A DNA stretch of 64,000 nucleotides from Desulfatiglandales bacterium (lineage in GTDB: Bacteria; Desulfobacterota; DSM-4660; Desulfatiglandales; Desulfatiglandaceae). Position 1 is the stretch's first letter, and each line of letters opens with the position of its first letter. The DNA lies in the NCBI GenBank assembly GCA_963662465.1, contig OY759599.1:2656001-2720000 (forward strand). Reading direction: 5' to 3'. The notes beneath the pieces are model-generated. The model was not told the DNA's origin, ran no database searches, and was given only the letters and a program-made list of their open reading frames with translations. Of this stretch, positions 19,825 to 29,489 are shown piece by piece. The translations under genes were made by a program, and so were the position numbers.

Positions 19825-19958
19825 GTTTTACGTTTTACGTTTTAAGTTTTAAGTTTATGGGTTCCAAAGCCGGCCCGTGGGAACCAGATGAACTCGTTAC
19901 GCTCCACGCTTCACGCTTCTTTTGTGTTGGTTTAAATCCGCAATCCGCAATCCGAAAT
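19825..19958. repeat. three different heptamer arrays in one spacer: (GTTTTAM)x4, (ACGCTYC)x3, (AATCCGM)x3
   Basis: Read directly at 19825-19852, 19899-19919 and 19935-19955. Confidence 0.8.
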
Positions 19959-19959
19959 A

Positions 19960-21885
19960 CTATAGTGCCTGCAGCACCAGTTCATTTAAATCCATCACCC
20001 GGAAGGGTTCTTTCAGCCCGGCAACCTTGCGGGCATCCTCCAGCATGATCATACATAAGGGGCATGAGGTGATGAGGATTTCAGCACCCGTGGCTTCGGC
20101 TTCCCGAATCCGGACTTCCCCCATCTTGACCTCGCCTGAAAGGTCCTGCCACATCCTTCCGCCCCCTCCGCCACAGCACAGGCTATGGGCGCCATGGTGC
20201 GTCATTTCCACCAGCGTAATTCCGGGAATGGCGCGAATAATCTCCCTGGGTTCATCAAAAATCCGGTTATGCCGACCCAGATAACAGGGATCATGGTAAG
20301 TGACCTTGGCTTCAATCCCTTTTTTGAATCGCAATTTACCCTCAGCAATCAACTCCCTCAACACCAGGGTGTAATGCCTTGCCCGGAAAGAGGCTTCCGG
20401 ATATTCATTCTTGAAGGTGTGGAAGCAGTGGGGCGAAGAGGTGACCACCTCGGTAATGCCGTATTTGTCAAAGAGTTCCTCACAACCCTCTTTCTGTTCC
20501 TCAAACAGCCCCAATTCCCCGACGCGTCGTGCAATATCCCCGCAGCAGGGTTCTTTTTTCCCCAGGATGCCGAAACTGACGTTTGCAGCCCGGAGAATCT
20601 CTGAAAACGACCGGGCAATGACCTGGGCCGTGTCATCAAAGGAGGTGGTACACCCCACAAAGTAGCAGAGATCACATTCAGCCCCTTTTTTGGTGAGGTC
20701 GGTCAGTTCCAGACCATCCGCCCAGGCCCCCCGCTTGCGCTTGGAAGATTCCCAGGGGTTATTGTATTTAAACAGCTTCTCAAGGGTCTGGGTCATCAGC
20801 TTGGGAACCTGGGTTCCCTCTTCCACGGCCAGCACGCGTTTCCGGGTCACCGCCTCGAAGGCGGCGCCGTAGACCGGGCACACTTCCAGGCAGGCCCGGC
20901 AGGTAGTGCAATACCAGAAGTTTTCATCCACCTTTGTATTTTCATTCCGGCTCATGAAGCGGATATCCCCCAGTGGAAAATGTTCCTGCCACAAGGCGTG
21001 TCGCATGGCCTGGACAAAATCCCGAGGGGCGAAGGGCTCACCGGCCCCGGCGGACGGACAGGCCGCCACGCACCGGCCGCAACGCATGCAGCCGTCGAAA
21101 AAGATCGCGTCACCCAAGGCAAATTCCCCGGCGCCGTCTTCCAAACCCAAAACAACGGGTTCGGCGGCATCCTGGAAATAGATACAAGCGGGGGCGCCCA
21201 TGATGTGGAACAGCTTGGTGTAGGGAATCAGGGCAATGAAGCTCAGACAAAAAAGGGTGTGTATCCACCAGCAGGATGGATAGAAGGCTTCGGCCGATCC
21301 AGGTGAAAGCAGGCCACTCACCCACCAACCCATAAAAGACCATGCTCCCCATGCCGGTTGCTGGGAGGACAGTCGAAGGGCTTCCAGCAGAAAACCTGAG
21401 AGAACAATCAGCAGGAGCCACAACGGAACGAGCGCATCTTCCAATCGCCTTTCAAGGCGGGGCACACGCTGAAGGTATCTTCGAATGAGTGCCCAGATGA
21501 TCCCCGTCAGCAGCATCAGACCCGCCAGTTCCATAACCAGGGAAAAAATGAGATAGGGCGTGCCATCCAGAAACGAAACGAGGTAATGGTGGATGGCCAG
21601 CACGCTGGTGCCAATGAAAAGAATCAGAAATCCCCAGAAGATGAAAAGGTGCATCAAACCAGCGGCCACTTCGCCCTGAAACAAACGACGTCCCAGGAAT
21701 GCATCCAGCAGCATTTTCTTGAGGGCATCTCCTGAAAAAGGAATCTTTGAGGATTTGGCGCTTTTCTTCCATACCAGGATATGGGCGCCGATGCCTGCCA
21801 GGAACAGGCCCGTGGAAAGAGTTGCCAGCATATAAAAGACCCAAACATGATCGATCTGCCAGAACATGATGCGATTGGGCGTCAT
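19960..21885 (-). CDS. membrane-bound Fe-S/CCG oxidoreductase (ETF:menaquinone oxidoreductase-like; NarI-type membrane domain plus HdrD-like domain)
   Basis: About six TM segments with MHLFIFWGF, WWIH and KLFH histidines; CMRCGRC, CTTCRAC, two CCG domains; adjacent to etfAB. ATG 21885 follows AAGGAGG. Confidence 0.88.
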   Translation of the reverse strand: MTPNRIMFWQIDHVWVFYMLATLSTGLFLAGIGAHILVWKKSAKSSKIPFSGDALKKMLLDAFLGRRLFQGEVAAGLMHLFIFWGFLILFIGTSVLAIHHYLVSFLDGTPYLIFSLVMELAGLMLLTGIIWALIRRYLQRVPRLERRLEDALVPLWLLLIVLSGFLLEALRLSSQQPAWGAWSFMGWWVSGLLSPGSAEAFYPSCWWIHTLFCLSFIALIPYTKLFHIMGAPACIYFQDAAEPVVLGLEDGAGEFALGDAIFFDGCMRCGRCVAACPSAGAGEPFAPRDFVQAMRHALWQEHFPLGDIRFMSRNENTKVDENFWYCTTCRACLEVCPVYGAAFEAVTRKRVLAVEEGTQVPKLMTQTLEKLFKYNNPWESSKRKRGAWADGLELTDLTKKGAECDLCYFVGCTTSFDDTAQVIARSFSEILRAANVSFGILGKKEPCCGDIARRVGELGLFEEQKEGCEELFDKYGITEVVTSSPHCFHTFKNEYPEASFRARHYTLVLRELIAEGKLRFKKGIEAKVTYHDPCYLGRHNRIFDEPREIIRAIPGITLVEMTHHGAHSLCCGGGGGRMWQDLSGEVKMGEVRIREAEATGAEILITSCPLCMIMLEDARKVAGLKEPFRVMDLNELVLQAL

Positions 21886-21981
21886 GGAAGTCTCCTCCTT
21901 TGGTGTGCCGCTCAAAAATAAAGTGTTGTAGACATTGTTCGTTTTTTTGTAGACTTGTCAAAGCAATTGTTTTTATACAAG

Positions 21982-21998
21982 CATAAGGTTTGCTTATG
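21982..21998. promoter_or_regulatory. LysR-type T-N11-A operator
   Basis: CATAAG-GTTTG-CTTATG dyad between the divergent lysR and oxidoreductase genes; a second TGCTTAT half-site lies near 22011-22017. Confidence 0.7.
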
Positions 21999-22027
21999 AT
22001 CGAAAAGATATGCTTATAGGATATGAA

Positions 22028-22906
22028 ATGCGAATCAACCTGAACCAATTAAGATCCTTCTTCCTGGCAGCCCGGGAAAAAAGCATCACCAAGGCCGCCC
22101 AGGCCCTGTACGTGACCCAGCCCGCGGTGACGATGCAGATTAAGTCCCTGGAAACGGATCTGGATTTAAAACTCTTTACGCGGTATGGAAAAGGGCTTGA
22201 TCTCACCGATGCGGGCCGGATTTTATTCGGTTATTCCGAGCGCATATTTGAGATTGTGGAAGAGATGGAATACGTGTTGAAGGGTCACGCGGATCTTTCC
22301 GCCGGTTCCCTGGTCATCGGCACCACGCGAAGTTTTGCCCGACACCTCATGCCCAGACTGCTTTCCCGCTTTCAGGAACAATACCCGGGCGTCAAAGTGT
22401 ATCTGAAAGTGGGAAGCTCCACCAAAATTGCCGACGGCGTCATGGCCTATGACTACCATCTGGGCATCATCGGTCGGATCCCCTTTCGCAGCAAACTGAG
22501 CGTGGTGCCCTTTACCAAAGAGGAATTCTGCCTGGCTGTGCCCATCAGCCACCGATTCGCGGCCATGGAAACGGTTTGCTTCAACGACCTGGAGAAGGAA
22601 CCCATTATTATTCGCGAGGATGGATCAGGATCCAGATATGCCATCCTCTCCCTGTTAAGTTCCCTCGGCGTCAAACCGTCGGTTTTGTTGGAGGCGGAAA
22701 GCGTTGAATTTATAAAAGAATACATCATTCAAGGGCGAGGGATCAGCTTTTTGTACAAACCTGAGATTCGGCTGGAAGCCCAGTTGGGCCTGCTAAAACC
22801 CCTGACCCTCAAGGAAGGGCCCATCCTGGTGCAGACAGATGTGGTGTTCCCGAAGGACGTGGATTTAAACCCGGCCACCAAGGCCTTTCTTCGATTGGTG
22901 GAATAA
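22028..22906 (+). CDS. LysR-family transcriptional regulator
   Basis: LNQLRSF..SITKAAQALYVTQPAVTMQIKSLE HTH; REDGSGSR in the substrate domain. Confidence 0.95.
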   Translation: MRINLNQLRSFFLAAREKSITKAAQALYVTQPAVTMQIKSLETDLDLKLFTRYGKGLDLTDAGRILFGYSERIFEIVEEMEYVLKGHADLSAGSLVIGTTRSFARHLMPRLLSRFQEQYPGVKVYLKVGSSTKIADGVMAYDYHLGIIGRIPFRSKLSVVPFTKEEFCLAVPISHRFAAMETVCFNDLEKEPIIIREDGSGSRYAILSLLSSLGVKPSVLLEAESVEFIKEYIIQGRGISFLYKPEIRLEAQLGLLKPLTLKEGPILVQTDVVFPKDVDLNPATKAFLRLVE

Positions 22907-22928
22907 CCTGAGCGAAAACGTCTTCGAT

Positions 22929-23432
22929 TCAACGAAATGGAAACAGGCGCCGGGCATCTTTGAGCAGAAGGAGGAGTTGTTTTTCCCGAAGCGGGGAGGC
23001 AACAAAGCCGAAACGTTGGTAGAAGCGGGATGCCTCGGCGTCAAGCGGATGGGCCGGCAGGGCGCGTATGCCGGTCTGCTCGGCAATCCACAGTGTACGC
23101 CCGATAGCGTCTTGCAGGAGCCCCCTTCCAATACCCTGCCCCTGATAACTGAGAGACACGGCAAGGCGGGCGAGGATCACGACCGGAATTGGGTAATTTC
23201 CCATGCCTTTCCGGATGCGCTCGGGGGCATCCATGGCGGCCACTTCTCCGACCGTCAAGCTGTAGTAACCAACGACACGCGCATCCTCGGTCACAGCAAA
23301 GGTCCTGGCAGATCCACTGGCGTGGGCCTGTAAGGCATGGCGAATCAACCACGCATTCATGCTCGACTTACCAGAGTCGAAAGACCCGAAGGAGTGACCT
23401 TTATGAATAGGTTTGGGGCCGGTCAGGGTCAT
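22929..23432 (-). CDS. GNAT acetyltransferase toxin (TacT/AtaT-like)
   Basis: FDSG, VVGYYSL, PIPVVILARLAV, QGQGIGRGLL, FYQRFGF; overlaps the antitoxin stop codon. Confidence 0.88.
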   Translation of the reverse strand: MTLTGPKPIHKGHSFGSFDSGKSSMNAWLIRHALQAHASGSARTFAVTEDARVVGYYSLTVGEVAAMDAPERIRKGMGNYPIPVVILARLAVSLSYQGQGIGRGLLQDAIGRTLWIAEQTGIRALPAHPLDAEASRFYQRFGFVASPLREKQLLLLLKDARRLFPFR

Positions 23433-23731
23433 GCCTTATCCCAGGGCGCGGGTTTCGACCACAAGTCCTGTAAACCGGCATTGGGCTTTGGGGGGCGATC
23501 CAGCAGCGCCATAAACTCTTGGTATTTTGCCTCGGAGACCATGAAGATTCGCTGATCCAGCAGGGTCTGTTCAGCGGCCCGGCAAGCACTGTCCATGACG
23601 AATTCGGTCAGCGACTTATGACAAGCCTTTGCCGCATAACGCAGAACAGCCTCTTGCTCAGGGGTAGCCCGTAGCCCGAGCCGAGCCGATTTCACAATTC
23701 CTTTTCTGAGCGGTTTTGTTGCAGCCATCAT
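23429..23731 (-). CDS. DUF1778 ribbon-helix-helix antitoxin (TacA/AtaR-like)
   Basis: RLGLRAT..AA..KSLTEFV..A...LLDQR..F..LLDRPP.PN. Confidence 0.88.
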   Translation of the reverse strand: MMAATKPLRKGIVKSARLGLRATPEQEAVLRYAAKACHKSLTEFVMDSACRAAEQTLLDQRIFMVSEAKYQEFMALLDRPPKPNAGLQDLWSKPAPWDKA

Positions 23732-23885
23732 CGACCTCCTTGTGAATGAATTTGGATATGTTAGTACATCCGACGAACAATATCAAGGAATTTTGAACAA
23801 GAATGGCTCTTGAGGAAGCTCTGGAGCAGTTTACCTTGGTCTCCAATTAAAAAAATCCGGATCATTTACGCGAGACACCCCGCTG

Positions 23886-24311
23886 CACTTCCCCCACCTT
23901 GCAGGTATCGCGACGGTTTTCCAGACGCACGGTCAGGGTTTCTCGTTTCTCGGTGGGCGTGGCATAATTGGTGAAAATATCCGCCTCTACGGTGACGGGT
24001 CCGGTGAGGCTTGGGGCGGCGGCGCCGTAGTAGTTGGCTTCGATAATATAGGTCCCTTCCATGGCCCGGCGCAGCAGATATTCTTCCGGGCCGTATCCAT
24101 CCGTGAAGTCCTTGGAAAGGAGTCCTCCCAGGGTAGTTCTCCGGTGTTTGAAGGTGGCCTGTTCACCCGAGGGTTCCGTAACCCAAAGGTCAATATCGGT
24201 GAGATCGGCATCCCAGGCCAGCACAATGCGGAGGGCGAGATCCATGGGGAGGATAAGCCGGCTGTCCACTTCAATATGCCGGACGCCGAACTTTCGGGCC
24301 ATGGGCAGGAG
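23886..24311 (-). repeat. 426-bp direct repeat of the 3' end of the VIT/DUF2135 gene (other copy 25068-25493)
   Basis: Offset 1182 nt with about 4 mismatches seen by eye. This copy runs on to the stop at 23862 (..KVGEVQRGVSRK*). Confidence 0.95.
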
Positions 24312-24403
24312 TTTGAAGGAAACCCTGTTGGCCAAATAAACATTGCAGGCGCTGTATCGATCGTGGTATGTAGTACATGAATATAATCGATGGAGGTTAC
24401 GCC

Positions 24404-24610
24404 ATGCAAATAGTGACTGTTTCTCCAAAATTTCAAGTAGTAATCCCACGAGATGTAAGAGAATCTTTACATCTACGTCCCGGACAAAAAATGCAGGTTG
24501 TTGAATACGAAGGAAGAATTGAATTAATTCCTAACCGTGACATTTCAGAACTACGAGGCTTTTTAAAAGGAATCAACACCGAGTTTGTGCGGGAGAAAGA
24601 TAGGATATGA
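24404..24610 (+). CDS. AbrB/MazE-family antitoxin
   Basis: MQIVTVSPKFQVVIPRDVRESLHLRPG; GGAGG RBS; ATGA overlap with the toxin. Confidence 0.9.
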   Translation: MQIVTVSPKFQVVIPRDVRESLHLRPGQKMQVVEYEGRIELIPNRDISELRGFLKGINTEFVREKDRI

Positions 24611-25002
24611 ATATCATAGATTCCTCGGCCTGGTTGTCATATTTCACTGATGAACCCACCGCTATTCATTTTAGTACTCCGATACAGGATGTAAAATCAC
24701 TTGTTGTGCCGGTCATTACCATCTATGAAGTTTTTAAAGTGGTGCTACGAGAATCAAGTGAGAATGATGCATTACAAGCTATTGCAGCAATGCAGAAAGG
24801 CACTGTAGTTGACTTAACATCAAGTCTGGCAATAGCCGCATCCAAGCTGAGTATTCAACATAAATTACCCATGGCAGATAGCATCATTCTTGCTACTGCC
24901 AAGAATTATAATGCAACGATCTGGACTCAAGATATCGATTTTAAAGATATTCCAGGGGTGAATTACTTCCCAAAATCAAAAAATGGCCAACCAAACGCTT
25001 AA
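24607..25002 (+). CDS. vapC: VapC PIN-domain toxin
   Basis: IIDSSAW, IYEV, MADSII, WTQDIDF acidic PIN residues. Confidence 0.9.
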   Translation: MNIIDSSAWLSYFTDEPTAIHFSTPIQDVKSLVVPVITIYEVFKVVLRESSENDALQAIAAMQKGTVVDLTSSLAIAASKLSIQHKLPMADSIILATAKNYNATIWTQDIDFKDIPGVNYFPKSKNGQPNA

Positions 25003-25070
25003 CCTGTCCGGAAGGGGCACGGCGGCGCTAATAGCGGCATGTTCCGCGGCAGGCAGGTCGAGCTCCACAC
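24985..25070 (+). mobile_element. integron attC-like site closing the abrB-vapC cassette
   Basis: GGCCAAC-N5-GCTTAACCTG...CAGGTCGAGC-TCCAC. TGGCCAAC is the exact complement of GTTGGCCA at 24327-24334 upstream of abrB. The terminal GTT is absent. Confidence 0.6.
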
Positions 25071-28000
25071 TTCCCCCACCTTGCAGGTATCGCGACGGTT
25101 TTCCAGACGCACGGTCAGGGTTTCTCGTTTCTCGGTGGGCGTGGCATAATTGGTGAAAATATCCGCCTCTACGGTGACGGGTCCGGTGAGGCTTGGGGCG
25201 ACGGCGCCGTAGTAGTTGGCTTCGATAATATAGGTCCCTTCCATGGCCCGGCGCAGCAGATATTCTTCCGGGCCGTATCCATCCGTGAAGTCCTTGGAAA
25301 GGAGTCCTCCCAGGGTGGTTCTCCGGTGTTTGAAGGTGGCCTGTTCACCCGAGGGTTCCGTAACCCAAAGGTCAATATCGGTGAGATCGGCATCCCAGGT
25401 CAGCACAATGCGGAGGGCGAGATCCATGGGGAGGATAAGCCGGCTGCCCACTTCAATATGCCGGACGCCGAACTTTCGGGCCATGGGCAGGAGACGGTTA
25501 AGTTCCAGCAGGGCCGTCAGCGCGATTTCCCGAAAGCGATCCCATGGTGTGACAACCACGTGGTAGAGCAGCGCGATGGCCCTCGACAGGTCTTTTCCGC
25601 CTGCCGGGTCACCCTGATTTTCGGACAGTCGGATCAGGGCCCGATCAGACAGAACCAGTGCCAGGTCCCGGTAGGACTGGGGCTCTTCGCCCCGCAGTTT
25701 GAGGGTCTGTTCAAACACCCCGATGCTGTCATCGAGTCGGCCCCACTGACGGAGGCGATGGGCCAGAACACGCAGAAGCGGCCCGTTTTCGAGATCCAGC
25801 TCAGAGATATTATACAGGACCCGCAAGGCACGATCAGGCTCCCCGTGGCGTAGAAAGAAGTCGGCGCAATCCAGGTAGAAGCCGGGGGCCTTTCCGTATG
25901 CCTTCCTCTGTTGAAGGTAAGCGGCATAACGATTTTCAGCCCCGGCATTTTCGAGAGGCGTAAGATAGGGCGTATCCGGATTCCAGGGTTTGATCCGGAT
26001 CGAGGAGGGCGCTTCCCTTTCGAACGATGCCATGTCCTTCAAGGGCGTTTCTGATCCTGCCGGCTCGGGATTTCGCCGAAGGAAAGCGGGGTACTCCAGC
26101 GCCTGGTCGTTGAACTCGAATCGATCAAGCACCGATCTCCGGCCTGGATCGGCGTTTTCCTCTCGGCGCCGTGCCGTGGATCTTCTTGAGAAGGTCGGGA
26201 TGTCCATTTCCACGGACGAGTTCCTGTTGAGTACCCATTCGTCTTGTTTAGTGTCGGCGGCAGGGGGCGTATGGCACTCGGCGATCTTTTCGCGGGGAAA
26301 GGTTTCTTCCCACCACGCCACCCGTTTTTGCCAAAGCGCCAGAACCGCTTCAATGCGCTTTTCCTGAGATCTGCTCTTTTCCCGGGCCTTTTCCGCCGAA
26401 CGGGCATCGTATTGCGTCCTCATTTCAGGCAGGGAGGCCGGGGGCCGGATTTGATGCCGTACGTACTGGTTGAGGTTTTCCAGAACAATAAGGGATGTCT
26501 CCGGGGTTACCAGTCCATGGGTTCGACCCAGATCCCGAATGGCTTCTTTGTGTTTTTCCGGCTGAAGAAGCCATTCATCCAGTTGACGCTGGGCCCAGTA
26601 GGGGCGAAGCACATCCCCTGAAAATCCGTCGTTTTTTTGTATCCGGAAGGATCGGGTCACCATGGTTTTGCCGGCAAGGCCATAACGCAGCGTAATGTCG
26701 GCGCTTTTTCCAATCAGTTTGCCGCACACCGGCATGGGGCCAAGGGCCGGGACCGGAAGACCGGGAACCACATCTTTGACGTCCCCGGGTTCGCACGCCA
26801 CACCCAACAGCGTCATTCCGATGCGGCCGATGCGCGGCAGAACATCTTCCATGCCCATGCGGGTCAGGTTGAAATACGCTCCGCCCGACTGAGCAGACTG
26901 AAAGCGCAGCACATGATGGGCCGCGCTCACGGCATCCGATACCACATACAGGGGCCGGTTGAATCCATTGGCCGGTTGATCGTCTTCCAGCGTATTGAGC
27001 CCATCGGAAAAGAGGAAATAGAGATCCGCATTCCCGTTCTGAGGCGATGCCAAAGATAGACGGGTGGCGCCGTCATAATCGAGAGCCCCGATGGCCGTCA
27101 GCAGGGCCTCCCCATTGCCGTTTCGAATGGTGAAGGATTGCGTCTTATCCAGGGCGTCTCGAAACGGGATGAGGTCCACATCCATGGTCCGGTCCTGAAA
27201 TTGAGCAAACCAGCGTCTGAGCAATTCCATTTCCCGTTGGTGATCGCCTTCCCTCGAAGCGGAGGCATCCCAGTAGATGAGGACCTTTTTGGGTACTATC
27301 ATTTCATCGGACAGGACCCTGGGGGCGTCGTCAAAGAAAGTGAAATAGGTGTTGCCGTCGCTGTTTTGCTCAACAGCCGGAGGTGGGTTTTCCACATGGG
27401 GAAAGGCGATGAGCAGCCCATGATGCAGGGCCTCGTCCTGACGGGAGATCTCCGCCACCAGGCTGTCGGACGTCCCTTCAAAGTGTAGACCTTCCCAGGG
27501 GGCGGATCGAACATCAGGCTTGGTTCCGCTCCCACAAACCTCCACGCGGAGGTGAAATGCGGGGGATACTCTCCTCAAAATGGAGGGGAAGCTGGTAGAG
27601 CCCGGTCTTCTCTTCCGGGAGCAGTTCCGAAATGAACCGGACCCGAGTGGTTCTCTTTCCCTGTGCGGGAATGGGAAAGACCCGGGTTTTAAAAACATTT
27701 CCTTGGGTGTATTCCACCAGACCCGGATCAATGCCCGCACGTACGGTCTTCTCAAAGACGATGCGGCCCTTTTCCTTCTCCACGGGCGCCCCGTCCACCA
27801 TGCGACCCTCCACATCGAGGGCAAAGCCGCTCACGGTTGCCCCCTCCGGAAGCGGAAAATAGAGGTCTCCGGCCAGTACACGGTCATTGGGGTTATAAAA
27901 AACAAGGGTCATGGCGGTGTCTGCCACAAACCCGTGAATCCGAATGTCCACATCCACCCGCGCAAGCCTTACGGGGCTTTCGGTCCCGGTCGTCTCGGCA

Positions 28001-28089
28001 GCGGGGACCATAACAATGGGTGTAAGGGTCTGCGTGACCCCCAGGGCTTGATTCGGCGCCCATATGCTGATGTCGTCTTGTGTTTTCAT
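24999..28089 (-). pseudogene. VIT-domain / vWA-like / TPR / DUF2135 protein, split by a +1 frameshift (or a sequencing error)
   Basis: VIT motifs (FYNPNDRVLAGDLYFPLPEGATVSGFALD, DPGLVE, FKTRVFPIP) are in one frame; YWDASASR and DIDLWVTEPSGE/DFTDGYGPEEY are in another. Removing one G from G5 at 27561-27565 joins them (..ESIPAFHLRVEV..). Confidence 0.85.
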
Positions 28090-28184
28090 GAAGGAATGCC
28101 TCCCTGGTTTGTATCTCATGTAAAACCAAAAAATTCAATGCATAAGAAATCAAAAAAATACGACCACTGACACCGCTTCATTAC

Positions 28185-29489
28185 CTAGAGAACAACGACT
28201 TCCGGCAGGGGCTTGATGAAATGTTGCCTTAGGCTGTAGGTGTAGGCGCCCTGGGTCGGTACCATGAGGATATCACCGATCTCAATTCCCGACCCCCAGT
28301 AGGTATATCCCCAGACATCGTGGGGGGTACATAAAGACCCCAGAACGTGGCAGGGCTTTTCCGTAAGAGCAGGTCGCGAAAGGTTCAGGACCGGAAAATA
28401 GTCGGTTTCAAACCGCTCCCATCCCACGGCGTTGGTCCCGGCGTCGGTAATGACCAAACCCGATCCCTTCTTGTCCACGACGCGGATGAAAAGGTGCATG
28501 GCGTCGTTGGAAATCCAGCGACCGGGTTCAAGGCAGATCCGGGCCGACACCAGGGGGCGCAGGTGCTTTTGAACAGCTTCGCCGATGGCCTGCGCGAAAA
28601 CTGTGATCGGCACGGCCTCAATGCCGTGATGAAGCTCCGGCGACCCCGGGGATTCGCCAAGGGCCTCTCTCAGCCTTCCTTCCGAGGTACCGGCCGGTTG
28701 AAGCCATTCACCCGCTTCGGGCCAGTACCCCCCACCGATATCCACAAATTCAATGCTTCTTCTCAAGGACGGCTGCAAATGCCGGAGGATTTTCGCAAGC
28801 TGCTCGATGAAGGCCACCTGGTTGCCCGGGTCAAGACTCCAACTCGTATGGAACTGCAACCCGCGCATTCGAAGGTGAGGGCTTTGCGCGGCCTGTACCA
28901 TAAAATCGGCCAACGCCTCGGGCAAAATGCCGAATTTTCGCCACAACCCGGTGGGTTGGGTGGTCAAACGAACCCCGATGGAAACCACCCGGTTGCATGC
29001 CGCGGCCGCTTTTTCGAGTCTTTCGAGTTCTGTGAAACTATCGACCAACACAACAACCGATTCAGAATGGGCCGCTGCCAGGACCAGCTCCCCTTCGGTC
29101 TTTCCCGGACCGCTGAAAACAATGTCCCTCGCTCCCAGGGCCAGGGCCATTTCCAGCTCGATGCCGCTTGACACGTCGAGACCGAACCCGTTTTCGAGAA
29201 GGATTTCGGAAACGCCGGAATAGTTGTTGCTTTTCACCGCATAGTAAAAAGAGACCGGATCCAACACCTGGGAAAAAGCGGCCATAAACTGCCGGGCACG
29301 ATGGGAAAGGGCCTCACAGTCAAGGACATAGACGGGCAGACAAACTGGGTCAAGCCTGTCAAGAAAACGACGACCGCGTTCGAAATATTCTGATGCAAAC
29401 CGGCGCAGTACCGAAACATCGAGCGAAGGCGTTCGGGTTTCCAGCAGGCGCCGGGCCCGTTCCAGGGAGGGTATTATTTCAGACGGCAT
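28185..29489 (-). CDS. PLP-dependent fold-type III decarboxylase (diaminopimelate/ornithine decarboxylase family)
   Basis: YAVKSN, GPGK, KFG, VDIGGG, EPGR, GSLCTPHD, GAYTYS. Confidence 0.9.
   Translation of the reverse strand: MPSEIIPSLERARRLLETRTPSLDVSVLRRFASEYFERGRRFLDRLDPVCLPVYVLDCEALSHRARQFMAAFSQVLDPVSFYYAVKSNNYSGVSEILLENGFGLDVSSGIELEMALALGARDIVFSGPGKTEGELVLAAAHSESVVVLVDSFTELERLEKAAAACNRVVSIGVRLTTQPTGLWRKFGILPEALADFMVQAAQSPHLRMRGLQFHTSWSLDPGNQVAFIEQLAKILRHLQPSLRRSIEFVDIGGGYWPEAGEWLQPAGTSEGRLREALGESPGSPELHHGIEAVPITVFAQAIGEAVQKHLRPLVSARICLEPGRWISNDAMHLFIRVVDKKGSGLVITDAGTNAVGWERFETDYFPVLNLSRPALTEKPCHVLGSLCTPHDVWGYTYWGSGIEIGDILMVPTQGAYTYSLRQHFIKPLPEVVVL

Noticed and set aside
23862..24449. 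195-aa ORF as an independent gene
   Set aside because: It is a chimera of antisense TA-promoter sequence and the duplicated 3' end of the VIT gene.
23886..25493. Diversity-generating retroelement TR/VR pair
   Set aside because: Only about four differences over 426 bp, and no reverse transcriptase in the window; a simple duplication explains it.
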